Assembly: GCA_043797265.1 (NCBI GenBank)
Contig: JAZDPV010000007.1
Coordinates: forward strand, 1 to 38,651
Reading direction: 5' to 3'
Length of the DNA stretch: 38,651 nt
Origin: an archaeon
GTDB lineage: Archaea; Nanobdellota; Nanobdellia; Pacearchaeales; GW2011-AR1
Translations under genes and position numbers: made by a program
Part shown: positions 8,709 to 18,350 of the stretch, piece by piece
Numbering within the stretch: position 1 is the stretch's first letter
Layout: each line of letters opens with the position of its first letter
The notes under the pieces: generated by a model
Seen by the model: the letters and a program-made list of their open reading frames with translations, nothing else
What the model was told of the DNA's origin: nothing
The model's database searches: none

Positions 8709-9314
8709 ATGAGAGAATTTGTTTATTATTCTGTGAACGGAGTCACGACGGGAAATTTGATTGGGGAAGATTTGATGAAGGCGGGGCGGATTGATATTGC
8801 GTGTCAGTTTATTATTCAGAGTTTGTTTGTTTCGCGGGCGATGAGGGATGACACGAAGGTGCATTTGATTTTGATGGGGCCACCGGATTCGCCGAAGCAT
8901 CTTGAGATTTTTCCTGGGAAAAATTTGGATGGCGTCGAGGGGAAGATTGATATTAGCAAGAAGGATGTTGCTGGTTTGATTCGGCGAATGTTGTATAAAT
9001 ATCGGAAAGGTGAAAGAGTTGAGATTGGCGAGGGGTATAGCGTCGAGAAGAAAGGGTTTGTGAAGTTGATGGAGGAGTTTGTCGACGAGGGGAAAGAGAT
9101 TTATATTTTGGATAAGAGAGGCGAGGATATTCGGGATGTCAAGTTTGGGGAGAATGTCGTTTTTGTCGTCGGTGACCACGACGGGATTCCGAAGAATGAG
9201 ATGAAGTGGGCGAAACATATTCCTTTCAGGAAGATTAGCGTTGGACCGAAGATGTTGTTTGCGTCGCAGGTTGCGGTGATTGTGAATAATGAATGCGACC
9301 GAAGGTCGCATTAG
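8709..9314 (+). CDS. trmY: tRNA (pseudouridine54-N1)-methyltransferase, SPOUT family
   Basis: Motifs AGRIDI.C, L.GPP, and the SPOUT knot FVVGDHDG...ISVGP..LFASQ. Confidence 0.88.
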   Translation: MREFVYYSVNGVTTGNLIGEDLMKAGRIDIACQFIIQSLFVSRAMRDDTKVHLILMGPPDSPKHLEIFPGKNLDGVEGKIDISKKDVAGLIRRMLYKYRKGERVEIGEGYSVEKKGFVKLMEEFVDEGKEIYILDKRGEDIRDVKFGENVVFVVGDHDGIPKNEMKWAKHIPFRKISVGPKMLFASQVAVIVNNECDRRSH

Positions 9315-9419
9315 TTGGTAGTTTTTAGTAAGTAGTTTGTAGTGTTTGGGATTGGGCAACTTCTTTGCCGGTTTATTGTTTATAGGAATGTATAAAAAGT
9401 TGAGTTGAGTTTTTACTGG

Positions 9420-9698
9420 ATGAAAAGTGGGGCGAGGTTTGTTGTGAAGGGGACGGTGCAGGGAGTTTTTTTTAGGCAGTTTGTGAAAGAGGGTGCGGAT
9501 GAGTTGAAGCTGCGGGGGTTTGTGCGGAATCTTGAGAGTGGCGACGTTGAGATTGTCGTCGAGGGTGAGGATGATGCGATTGAGAGATTGAGGGCTCGGA
9601 TTAGGAAGGGACCAAAGCATGCGCAGATTAGGGATGTTGTTGTAGAGGAGAGGAAGTGGAGTGGTGATTTTGATGAGTTTAAAATTTTGAGGTTTTAG
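9420..9698 (+). CDS. acyP: Acylphosphatase
   Basis: Motifs G.VQGVFFR, GFVRN..G.VE and GP..A. Confidence 0.95.
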   Translation: MKSGARFVVKGTVQGVFFRQFVKEGADELKLRGFVRNLESGDVEIVVEGEDDAIERLRARIRKGPKHAQIRDVVVEERKWSGDFDEFKILRF

Positions 9699-9791
9699 AG
9701 AACGCGCTTTGTGCGGTAGAACGGAAAATTCTAATTTTCCGGTAGAACAAAAACGCTTTTGCGTTTTTGATAGAACGACTGCGTCGGTAGA
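9699..9791. repeat. Array of four different hairpins separated by a constant (G/A)TAGAAC linker
   Basis: AGAAC-GCGCTTTGTGCG-GTAGAAC-GGAAAATTCTAATTTTCCG-GTAGAAC-AAAAACGCTTTTGCGTTTTTG-ATAGAAC-GACTGCGTCG-GTAGA. Confidence 0.85.
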
Positions 9792-9840
9792 TGAGTTGGT
9801 GGGTTGGGTAAGTTTATAAATTTGTTTGGGATATAATTTT

Positions 9841-11331
9841 ATGGCAGAGAAATTTTTTTGGGCGGACGCGATTGCAGACAGGATAATTGCGGAGAAAGGC
9901 GATAAGAAAATTTATGTTTGCGCGTCGGGGATTACGCCGTCGGGGCAGGTTCATATTGGGAATTTTCGCGAGGTGATTACGACTGATATGGTTGTGCGGG
10001 CGCTAAGAGATAAGGGAAAGAGCGTTCGATTTATTTATTCGTGGGATGATTTTGACAGGTTCAGGAAAGTGCCGGCTGGTGTGCCTGAGAATTATGAAAA
10101 ATATTTGGGGGTACCGATTAGTGATATCCCGTCGCCGTTTGATTCTAAATTGAGTTATGCGGAATTTAATGAAAAGAAGTTTGAGAAGAGTTTGAAGAAT
10201 GTTTTTATCTCTCCTGAATTTATTTATCAGAATAGGATGAACAGGAAATGTGCTTATGCTGATTTGATTAAGGTTGCGCTGGATAGGAAAGATGTTATCG
10301 TCGAGATTTTGAATAGGTATCGGAAGGAACCGCTCGAGAAAGATTGGTGGCCGATTATGATTTATTGCGGGAAGTGCGGGAAGGATTCGACGACGATAAA
10401 AAAAGTTGATAAGTATGATATTTTGTATGAGTGCGAGTGCGGGTTTAGTGAGAGTTTTGATATTCGGAAAAAGGGGATTGTGAGTGTGAGATGGCGGATT
10501 GATTGGCCGATGAGGTGGAAATATGAAGGGGTTGATTTTGAGCCGGGAGGAATTGACCATAGTGTCGAGGGTGGGTCGTTCACGACGGCGAAGGAAATTT
10601 CTAAAAAGGTTTTTGGTTTTGAGCCGCCGGTTTATCAGTTTTATGATTGGATTGGGATTAAGGGCGGGAAAGTTTTTTCGAGTTCGAGCGGGAATGCTTT
10701 GAGTTTGGATGAGGTTGGCGAGGTTTATGAGCCGGAGGTTTTGAGATATTTGTTTGTCGGGACGAAGCCGAAGAGCGCGTTTGAAATTAGTTTTGATAAT
10801 GATGTTATTAGTATTTATGAAAAGTTTGACGCATTGGAGGAAAAATATTTTGGCGGGAAGTGCGACGAGAGGGAGAAGCGGATGTATGAGATGTCGGTTG
10901 TTGATGTGCCAAAGAAGAAGCCGAAGCGGATTGGGTTTAGGCATTTGGCGACGCTGGTTCAGGTTGGGAAGTTGGATGGGTTGAATAATTTTGATAAATT
11001 GAGGGCGGGGAAAGTTTCGAATTGGATTGAGAAATATGCGGGTGATGATATGAAGTTTTCTGTTGGTGAGAAAGTTGTTGGGGAATTTTCGAAGAAGGAA
11101 AAAGCGGGCTTGATTGAGTTAAGGAGGGTTTTGTCGTCGGGGGATTTTGGCGAGATAGAATTACTTGATAAGTTTTATGAGATTTGTGAGAAGGTTGGAT
11201 TGGGTAATGTTGAATTTTTTGATGTTTGTTATCGGGCGATTATCGGGAAGTCGAGGGGGCCACGATTGGCGAGTTTGATTAAATCAATTGGACAAGAGAG
11301 GGTTGCTGAATTGTTGGGAAGTTTGAAGTAG
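9841..11331 (+). CDS. lysS: Lysyl-tRNA synthetase, class I
   Basis: Motifs WAD, SGITPSG.VHIGNFRE, WRIDWPMRW, EPGG.DH and SSS.GN. TATA box at 9813-9820. Confidence 0.97.
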   Translation: MAEKFFWADAIADRIIAEKGDKKIYVCASGITPSGQVHIGNFREVITTDMVVRALRDKGKSVRFIYSWDDFDRFRKVPAGVPENYEKYLGVPISDIPSPFDSKLSYAEFNEKKFEKSLKNVFISPEFIYQNRMNRKCAYADLIKVALDRKDVIVEILNRYRKEPLEKDWWPIMIYCGKCGKDSTTIKKVDKYDILYECECGFSESFDIRKKGIVSVRWRIDWPMRWKYEGVDFEPGGIDHSVEGGSFTTAKEISKKVFGFEPPVYQFYDWIGIKGGKVFSSSSGNALSLDEVGEVYEPEVLRYLFVGTKPKSAFEISFDNDVISIYEKFDALEEKYFGGKCDEREKRMYEMSVVDVPKKKPKRIGFRHLATLVQVGKLDGLNNFDKLRAGKVSNWIEKYAGDDMKFSVGEKVVGEFSKKEKAGLIELRRVLSSGDFGEIELLDKFYEICEKVGLGNVEFFDVCYRAIIGKSRGPRLASLIKSIGQERVAELLGSLK

Positions 11332-11332
11332 A

Positions 11333-11542
11333 TTATTTTTTGTCTTTTGCTTCTTTGAGTGATTCGTTTTCGATGACTTTTAATAATCTTGATGATTCTT
11401 GTGTGACATCCCCTGATGAAAGTGCTCTCATATCTTCCTTTAATATTTCCTGATATTCGGGGGAGAAAAAATAAGAGCAGCCCGAATATAAAACTATAAA
11501 GGAACATACTACTAATCTTGGGAAAATTTTTTGGTAATTCAT
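11333..11542 (-). CDS. Small hypothetical membrane/lipoprotein
   Basis: 69 aa with a hydrophobic N-terminus ending in SGC. Confidence 0.5.
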   Translation of the reverse strand: MNYQKIFPRLVVCSFIVLYSGCSYFFSPEYQEILKEDMRALSSGDVTQESSRLLKVIENESLKEAKDKK

Positions 11543-11590
11543 GTGATTTGATTTAGTAAACTATTTAAATAAATATGTGTTTTGGAATGC

Positions 11591-11752
11591 ATGGCGTTGA
11601 TTGTTTGGAGCAGGGTTAAGAAAGTTGTCGAGTTGAATGTTGGAGAGGATGTGAATATTGAGTTGGAGAAAAAGGTTGAGGAAATTTTAAAGAAGGCGGA
11701 AGGGCGAGCAAGGGCGAATGGGCGACGGACGGTTTATGCTCGCGACTTATAG
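11591..11752 (+). CDS. Short histone-fold protein with truncated alpha3 (absent from the ORF track)
   Basis: MALIVWSRVKKVVELNVGEDVNIELEKKVEEILKKAEGRARANGRRTVYARDL* (53 aa), with the histone A..RA..NGR.TV..RD signature. TATA box at 11564-11571. Confidence 0.88.
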   Translation: MALIVWSRVKKVVELNVGEDVNIELEKKVEEILKKAEGRARANGRRTVYARDL

Positions 11753-11832
11753 TCGCGAGAGGTTTCAGGTGTCAGAATTCAGATTTCAGGTGTCTTGTGA
11801 AGATTTATAATTATTGTTATATTGATTTTATT

Positions 11833-12330
11833 ATGGAGTTGAAAAGTCCGGAAGTTGAGAGCGAGTTTAAGGCGAGTGTCGACGAGAAGGGGAATGTCGT
11901 GCTGAAGCGGAAGTCGAAAATTCGGCGGGGGTCGAAAAGTCGGGCGGATGGCGGGTTGTTCGAGGCGAGGGTTCGGAAGGACTTGGAGTTGAAAGGTTGG
12001 GTTGTTGACAAGTGGTCGAATAATGTTGATTTGGAAAGTGGGGGGATTATTCCGTGCAAGAGAAAGTTTAATCCGTTTAACAAGGTAATGACGATTGGGA
12101 CGGGGTTTCCGGATTTTGTTTGCTTTGAGAGGAGAGGAGATTTGTTTAAAGTGATTGGTGTTGAGGTTAAGATGAATGGGAATTTGTCGAGAGTTGAGAA
12201 GGAGAAGTGTGCTTGGTATTTGGAGAATGGGGTTTTTAGTGAGATTTTGGTTGCTTCTAAGAAGAAGGTTGGGCGAAATGTTGGAGTTGAGTATATGGAT
12301 TTTTTGGAGATTAGGGAGAGGATGAGATGA
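11833..12330 (+). CDS. PD-(D/E)XK nuclease, Hjc Holliday junction resolvase-like
   Basis: Motifs G..FE..VR..LE..GW.V, PDF and VEVK. Confidence 0.7.
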   Translation: MELKSPEVESEFKASVDEKGNVVLKRKSKIRRGSKSRADGGLFEARVRKDLELKGWVVDKWSNNVDLESGGIIPCKRKFNPFNKVMTIGTGFPDFVCFERRGDLFKVIGVEVKMNGNLSRVEKEKCAWYLENGVFSEILVASKKKVGRNVGVEYMDFLEIRERMR

Positions 12331-12884
12331 AATATTTAGTTTTGGTTTTGTTGATGGTTGGGTTTGTTTCTGCTGTGGGTGTTGATTTTGATTGTCCGAA
12401 TTCGGTTTTTGTCGACGAGGAATTTGAATGTCGGCTTGAAGTTTTGGATGGGAGTGGGGTTTATGATGTGAAGGTTGAGTTTGATACTGAGAGAGATTCG
12501 GTTTTGAAAATTTGGAACGAGAAAAATGGGAAGTGGTTGTCGGGTTATTATTATTTGACTGGGTTCGTCGACGACAGAGATAGTGTTGATGTGAAGTTGA
12601 AAGTTTCGGAGATTGGGAAGTATGACGGGGTTTTGAAATTGAGGCAAGGCGAGAAGCGGGAATTTTTTGAGGTTGAGCGGATTATTGTGAAAGAGAAAGT
12701 TGTTGATGGCGACGGGGAAATAACGAACGAGAAGATTGTTTTGGGAAATAAAACTAACGAAATGATTGCCTTGAATGAGAAAATTATTTATGAGTCGAGA
12801 GATTCGAAAGTTGTTGATAAATTGGTTTATGGGTTCGCGATATTTTTGATTTTTGTTATTGGGATTTTGGTTTGGGGGAAATGA
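12327..12884 (+). CDS. Secreted, C-terminally anchored protein
   Basis: Signal peptide ending VSA, beta-rich body and a C-terminal TM. Confidence 0.75.
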   Translation: MKYLVLVLLMVGFVSAVGVDFDCPNSVFVDEEFECRLEVLDGSGVYDVKVEFDTERDSVLKIWNEKNGKWLSGYYYLTGFVDDRDSVDVKLKVSEIGKYDGVLKLRQGEKREFFEVERIIVKEKVVDGDGEITNEKIVLGNKTNEMIALNEKIIYESRDSKVVDKLVYGFAIFLIFVIGILVWGK

Positions 12885-12966
12885 TTTAACTTAATCACGG
12901 ACGGACACGGATTTGGTTTTGGGAGAGATTGGAAAGAATTAAAAGGGGTTTTTGTTTCTTTGATTT

Positions 12967-13443
12967 ATGGTAAGAGCGATAATGATTGTTGAGATTGCGG
13001 GGAGGCCGGCGGAACATTTGAAGAATGCGTTGGCGGAGCATATTGGAATTTTGAATAAAGTTAATGATATTACGGTTCATTCAATTAAGTTGAGCGAACC
13101 GAAAGAAATAGAAAATTCTAACGGGATGCTAACTTGTTTTGCCGAGGCTGATTTTGAGACGACGAGTTTTGGGAGGTTGAGCGAGACGATGTTTGATTTT
13201 ATGCCGTCGTCGGTTGAAATTATCGAGCCGACAAATGTTTCTTTGAGCATGCATGAAGCGACGGATTTGTTGAATAATATTTCGGGCCGGATGCATCGGT
13301 ATGATGAGATTGCGAAGATTGCCGGCGAGAAATTGAGGCAGATGGCCGAGAGAGAGAAAGAGTTAGTTGCGAAGATGGAGAGCGGTGAGATAAAAATTGC
13401 GAAGAAAAAAGTTGCGAAGAAAAAAAGTTCTAAGAAAAAATAA
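12967..13443 (+). CDS. Conserved hypothetical protein with Lys-rich tail
   Basis: IVEI.G.P.EH and FDFMPSSVEI.EP pattern; fits host codon style. Confidence 0.75.
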   Translation: MVRAIMIVEIAGRPAEHLKNALAEHIGILNKVNDITVHSIKLSEPKEIENSNGMLTCFAEADFETTSFGRLSETMFDFMPSSVEIIEPTNVSLSMHEATDLLNNISGRMHRYDEIAKIAGEKLRQMAEREKELVAKMESGEIKIAKKKVAKKKSSKKK

Positions 13444-14703
13444 TTAGGAATTTGACAGGCCGCCTTGAATTCTTTTGGAATATTTTTCTGAGGTTTCTTT
13501 GATTTTCTCGTCGGGTGTTTGTGGTTTTATTTTTTTTTGTTTTTTGTAGAAATAATATCCGGCACCGGCGAGAGTTATGAAAATTATTATTGCGATGAGC
13601 CAGCCGTAGCTGAATCCGTTTTCATCTTGGTTGATTGGTTGGCAGGTGCCCATGCAACAGTATTCGTTGTCTTTTGTGAAAGTTGCTTTGCCGTCGCAGA
13701 TTTCGTCGGTCGTGCAGGGAGTTCCTTGTTTTTGTTCACAGGTTTCTTCTGATATTTTGAAATCTTCTTTTGTGCTTCCTTGTGGCAAGACAAATATACT
13801 TAATGGGATTTGGAGAATGTTTTGTTTTTCGTATTGGGTGTATGTGATGTTGATGTTGCCATTGAAATATCCTGATGTTAGTGGCGAGAGTGTTAAAGTT
13901 AGATTATAAACTTCTCTTGCCGATATGTTTTGTATTGGTTTGGCGTCGATAAATGTCTGGTCTGATGTGATGGTGATGTTTGCTATTGATTCGTTGCCGA
14001 AGTTGAAGAGCTGGATTATTTCCTGGGATTTGTTTTTTACGAAGAGCTCGGCGAAAAGTAATTGTGGGTTTGGTTTCAAGTCGAGTTGCGGTTTGGTTTG
14101 GAATGTCCCGTTTGCCGGTGGATAAATTATTGGAATTAGAAAATTCTTGTATGAAGAAATTTCGGCGATTGAAAAAATTTCGGTCGGAACAAATGTGATT
14201 TCTTTTGTTTTTAATGGCTGGATTGATATTTCGTTTTTGCTGAATGTCGCGTTTAGCGTCGCTGTTCCCATGTTTGTAAGTTTTATCTTTGGAATTTGAG
14301 TTGTGAAAATGAAGCCAGGTTTAATTGACAGGATTTGGGTTTGGTTTGATTCGTCTTGAATTGTGAAATTTTGCTGGATTGTTTTTGATTTTAAATCATT
14401 TAATTCTTTGTATAAAATGTTTTCGATTTTGACTGTGAAATTGCCGGTGCGGGTTGTGTAGATGTAGAGGTAGTGAGTCCCGTTATAAAAAGTGATGTCG
14501 TGCTCGAAGAAGACTTGTTTTCGGTTTTCTAAAAATGTAATGTCTGCTGGTTCGATTTGTTTTGTAAATGTCCCTGAAGTTGTTATCGTTGCGAGAATTG
14601 TTTCGCCGGGCTGGATTTGGTCGTGCTGGAAATTAAGAGTTGGCGTCGCTGATGTTAGGAATAGAAAATAGAAAATAGAAAATAGAAAATAGCATCTTTT
14701 CAT
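13444..14703 (-). CDS. Cell-surface protein (signal peptide, Ig-like beta domains, Cys-rich module, C-terminal TM)
   Basis: Many N-x-S/T sequons, a C...C..C....CC...C module, then WLIAIIIFITLAGAGYYFY and a basic tail. Confidence 0.8.
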   Translation of the reverse strand: MKRCYFLFSIFYFLFLTSATPTLNFQHDQIQPGETILATITTSGTFTKQIEPADITFLENRKQVFFEHDITFYNGTHYLYIYTTRTGNFTVKIENILYKELNDLKSKTIQQNFTIQDESNQTQILSIKPGFIFTTQIPKIKLTNMGTATLNATFSKNEISIQPLKTKEITFVPTEIFSIAEISSYKNFLIPIIYPPANGTFQTKPQLDLKPNPQLLFAELFVKNKSQEIIQLFNFGNESIANITITSDQTFIDAKPIQNISAREVYNLTLTLSPLTSGYFNGNINITYTQYEKQNILQIPLSIFVLPQGSTKEDFKISEETCEQKQGTPCTTDEICDGKATFTKDNEYCCMGTCQPINQDENGFSYGWLIAIIIFITLAGAGYYFYKKQKKIKPQTPDEKIKETSEKYSKRIQGGLSNS

Positions 14704-14704
14704 A

Positions 14705-16501
14705 CTAACTCGACATTTCTTTTAGTTTCTTGAAAGTTTCTGACATCGTGGTGTCTTGGGATTGTTGTGGTCGTCTGACCGGCGCGACGGGAGGATATGG
14801 TCTTCTTATCGGCGGGAAACCGGGGCGCGGTGGCATACCTGGTCCTCCGCGCGAAAAAGAATCTTTTGGACCTTTATCTTTTTTGAATTTTGTTTTGATT
14901 TTAAACCAGAGTAATTTTAGTTTGTCCCGGAAGATGTACGCGATTGCGGCGAGGATTATTATAATTAGAATAACCAGAATCCATATCCACCACGACGAAC
15001 CTCCCGGAGTTGTTTTTGTTCTGCAGCAAACTTGAGGAAGATTGCATGAATATGTTGTTACCGGTTCTTGGAATTCTGAACACTGGTTCATGCAGGTGTA
15101 AAAGTTTTTTTCGCATTCGGTTTCCTGTGGTCTTGGTTTGCATTCGCCGGTGCAACAACTGGTTGTGTCCGTGGCTTTTCTTGAATTACCGACGCAGATT
15201 TCGGATGTTGAACATTCTTTTCCGTTGTATCCTGAGCAGGATTTTAGATTTTCGTTCATACAACATGTGGTTGATTGCGATGGGCAGAAATAATTTTTCC
15301 CGACATCTTCGTTTGCTGGACAGTCTAATCTTGGAATACAGAAATATTTTGCTTCGGAGCAGTATGTTGTTGTGCTGCCGCCACCGGATGTTTTTCCGCT
15401 TCTTCCGGTTAGCGCCCAGAGGACTGTGGCGGTTTCCTTGACGGAGTTTTGCCAGCATCCGTTCGTGCCTTGCGAGAATAACAGCCAATCTTTTGCCTTG
15501 GTGATTTGTTCTGATGATGAACTGCCGAGGGCGACGAGCGCTATTGCCGTGTCATAATATCTGTTGTATGCCGACGCTGGCGCTTCCCAATAGTTTCCTA
15601 ATTTTTGGTCGGCGACGAGTTGAGTTGCGTAGTCCTCGTAATTTGTTAGCATGTAAATGAATGCTTCAGGAAGATATTGCTTGTTTGTGTCGGACATCGC
15701 GACAATGTATGGAATGAAGTCTTCGATGTTGTGACCGGTTTCTAATAGCGCTAATGTCGCCCACACTGTTGCTTCATAGTCGCATGAATTTTTGCCGAAG
15801 CATTTTGATTTGACGTCGAGTTTGATTGAGCCAAATGCCGGCTCTGAGTCGGTGCCTTCAAGGACATAAATTGTCGGCGAGTTTTTGTTTTTGTAAATTA
15901 GAGTTGCGATGAATGCCTGGTCGCATTCGATTGTGAATTCTTTTTCGTAGCAATCTGGGGCGACTTGTAGCCAGAAATTTGACTGGGCTCGAGTCAGGCA
16001 TGTGCCTGCGTTCCTGTCGATTTTTTTGTTCGCACCGACGTTGATTATGTAGTCGTTTGACTCGTAGCCGATGTGACATTCTGTTGCGACGTTTGAGTCT
16101 TGTTGAAGATACCAGATCAGGTCGGTTGGGGTTTTTTCTTGTTTTAACAACCACGCTTCTGCGGCTTCGGTGTCTTCGCCGGCGTGCTTTAGTGCGAGGA
16201 TTGCGAGAGCGGTGTCACGAATGTCGCCCCAGTTGTCTGAAGTTTGCCGTTTTTTTAATTCAGCGACGCAATAGTCGAAAATATTGTCGGGGGTTGCGAA
16301 AATTGTGAGCGCGATTTCTTGGGTCGTGAGGTCTGCGCAGTCTTTTGCTTCTTTCTCGAGGCATTCGAATCCTTTTTCGATTTTGTCTGGATTTTGTTGT
16401 AATTCGGTTGGGGTCGTGCTGTTCGTTTCATTGGCTGCAGTAATTAATGCGATTGAGAATAATAGCATTAGAAGGACGAAGGATGCACCGACTTTTTTCA
16501 T
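14705..16501 (-). CDS. Cell-surface protein with prenyltransferase/squalene-cyclase-like alpha/alpha repeats and Cys-rich repeats
   Basis: Repeats W..(D/E)TA.A..AL......A..WL...Q...G.W, three Cys-rich modules, a TM and a Pro/Arg-rich tail. Confidence 0.75.
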   Translation of the reverse strand: MKKVGASFVLLMLLFSIALITAANETNSTTPTELQQNPDKIEKGFECLEKEAKDCADLTTQEIALTIFATPDNIFDYCVAELKKRQTSDNWGDIRDTALAILALKHAGEDTEAAEAWLLKQEKTPTDLIWYLQQDSNVATECHIGYESNDYIINVGANKKIDRNAGTCLTRAQSNFWLQVAPDCYEKEFTIECDQAFIATLIYKNKNSPTIYVLEGTDSEPAFGSIKLDVKSKCFGKNSCDYEATVWATLALLETGHNIEDFIPYIVAMSDTNKQYLPEAFIYMLTNYEDYATQLVADQKLGNYWEAPASAYNRYYDTAIALVALGSSSSEQITKAKDWLLFSQGTNGCWQNSVKETATVLWALTGRSGKTSGGGSTTTYCSEAKYFCIPRLDCPANEDVGKNYFCPSQSTTCCMNENLKSCSGYNGKECSTSEICVGNSRKATDTTSCCTGECKPRPQETECEKNFYTCMNQCSEFQEPVTTYSCNLPQVCCRTKTTPGGSSWWIWILVILIIIILAAIAYIFRDKLKLLWFKIKTKFKKDKGPKDSFSRGGPGMPPRPGFPPIRRPYPPVAPVRRPQQSQDTTMSETFKKLKEMSS

Positions 16502-16621
16502 GGATTATTTAAGGTTGGGCTGTTTATAAATTTAAGGATAATCGCGCGTTGCGCGAGATAATAGATAATAGAAAATAGGTAATAGGAATAGATTTATAAA
16601 ATATGTAGACGTACACTTTGT

Positions 16622-17083
16622 ATGGCGTATACGGAGATAAAGGAAAGAAATGGTAAGAAGTATTATTATAGAGTTAAATCTATTAGAAAAAATAATAGGG
16701 TTTCAAAAGACAGAATTTATCTTGGTGGCGATTTGGCGGGGGATGTTCTTTTTAATAAAGAAAAAGAGGCGGATAAGAATTTTGAAAATAAAAAGATAAA
16801 TAAAAGTATTTCTGGGATGAAGTCTAAAATTGTTAATGTGTTCAAGAAGAATGGGATAAAAAAGGCGGGGATTTTTGGAAGTTATGCGAGAGGGGAACAA
16901 AGAGTTTCGAGTGATATTGATATTCTTATTGAGCCGACGAGGGAAATGGGATTTTTTGACATTGTAAGAATTGAGGATGAGCTTGGGAAAAAATTGAATA
17001 AAAAAATAGATTTGATTACTTATGCGAGTATTCATAAATTATTGAGGGAAAAAATACTTGATGAGGAGATTAGGATTATATGA
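16622..17083 (+). CDS. MNT nucleotidyltransferase antitoxin (MntA-like) with N-terminal extension
   Basis: Motifs FGSYARGEQ...SDIDIL and KIDL; ATGA overlap with the HEPN gene. Confidence 0.92.
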   Translation: MAYTEIKERNGKKYYYRVKSIRKNNRVSKDRIYLGGDLAGDVLFNKEKEADKNFENKKINKSISGMKSKIVNVFKKNGIKKAGIFGSYARGEQRVSSDIDILIEPTREMGFFDIVRIEDELGKKLNKKIDLITYASIHKLLREKILDEEIRII

Positions 17084-17424
17084 AAGAGGCAGTGGTTTTT
17101 GTGGAGCATATAATAGAGAATATTCGGGATATTGAGAAATTTACAAAGGGGGTAGATAAGAAAAGTTTTTTGGAAAATAAAGAAAAACAAAATGCAGTGG
17201 TTAGAAGTTTGGAGATTGTTGGAGAGGCTGTAAAAAATATTCCTCAAAATATAAAGTTGAAATATAAGGAGATTCCATGGAGGGAGATAGTAGGAACTCG
17301 AGATAAAATTTCTCATCATTATTTTGGAGTTGATTTGGGGCTGATATGGAAAATTATCAAAGAGAATTTGCCTGATTTAAAGGAGCAAATGCTTGAGATT
17401 AGAAAAGATTTAATTGGGGATTGA
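17080..17424 (+). CDS. HEPN (DUF86/HepT-like) RNase toxin
   Basis: LEIVGEA, IPW and the Rx4HxY motif RDKISHHY. Confidence 0.93.
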   Translation: MKEAVVFVEHIIENIRDIEKFTKGVDKKSFLENKEKQNAVVRSLEIVGEAVKNIPQNIKLKYKEIPWREIVGTRDKISHHYFGVDLGLIWKIIKENLPDLKEQMLEIRKDLIGD

Positions 17425-17569
17425 ATTTAGAAAATTATTTATAGGTTGCCGAAGTGTAATTTTGTGGGTAATTTTTATTTGAATGTGGAGACGACGGGAC
17501 ACGCTTCGCGCGCTGTTCGTTGTTCGCAGTTCGCAGTTCGACTTATGTTTAAATTTGGCGAGGTTTTTC

Positions 17570-18115
17570 ATGGGTAATTATTATCTTGATATTGAGACGA
17601 CCGGGTTGAACCCGGATGTGGACGAGATTTTGACGATTCAGTATCAGGAGTTGGGGCGGAATACGGGGATGCCCGTCGGTGATTTGGTTATTTTGAAGGC
17701 GTGGGAAAGTTCGGAAAAAAATATTATTGAAAAGTTTTTGGACGAGACGAGTTTTCTTGATGCTTATGATTTTAGTTTTGTGCCGGTCGGGTATAATTTG
17801 AGTTTTGAGCATAATTTTTTGAAGAGGCGGGCGGAGATTCATGGGTTGCCCGAGATTGATATTTTGTCGAAGCCATTTATTGATTTGAGAGTTGTCGGGA
17901 TTTTGATGAAGGGTGGGGAGTTCAAGGGCTCGGGGTTGAACAAGATTACCGGGAAAGATAGGGATGGAATGATGGTGCCGATTTGGTTTGACCACGGAGA
18001 TTATGACAAGATTGTTGAATATATTGAGATGGAGGCGAGGGAATTTTTGAAATTTTGTGTTTGGTTATATCGACGGATGCCGGAGTTGTTTGGGGAGTGG
18101 GTTTCTGGGTTTTAG
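17570..18115 (+). CDS. RNase H-like DEDD 3'-5' exonuclease domain protein
   Basis: Motifs LDIETTGL, GYN..FE, IDL and Y...E. Likely start 17570. Confidence 0.8.
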   Translation: MGNYYLDIETTGLNPDVDEILTIQYQELGRNTGMPVGDLVILKAWESSEKNIIEKFLDETSFLDAYDFSFVPVGYNLSFEHNFLKRRAEIHGLPEIDILSKPFIDLRVVGILMKGGEFKGSGLNKITGKDRDGMMVPIWFDHGDYDKIVEYIEMEAREFLKFCVWLYRRMPELFGEWVSGF

Positions 18116-18350
18116 GTGTTAGGTGTTAGAAGGATTGGCTCACGGATTTCACGGATGGACACGGATTTTTTATTTGTTTTAATAAAAAGAAATTTCGACG
18201 ACGAAAAAATTAGAGAAAAAATCACCCTTTATTGTTTCTTTTTTCCGAATGAAATGAGGAAAACATGACGCAACTTGTTTGCGACTTTTTTTCTAAAAAA
18301 GAAAATGAGGGATTCTTATTTTGCTTCTTTTTCTAAAAGAAGATTTAGAA

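Noticed and set aside
8610-9620. Long antisense ORFs (also 10003..10944, 28811..29896, 35479..36216, 36468..37247)
   Set aside because: Shadows of confident plus-strand genes, favoured by the strand skew; no motifs.
9699-9791. CRISPR array
   Set aside because: The repeat is only 7 nt, spacers are short and palindromic, and no cas genes are present.
18176-18350. ncRNA in an AT-rich hairpin region
   Set aside because: Short A/T hairpins between convergent genes are adequately explained as terminators or low complexity.
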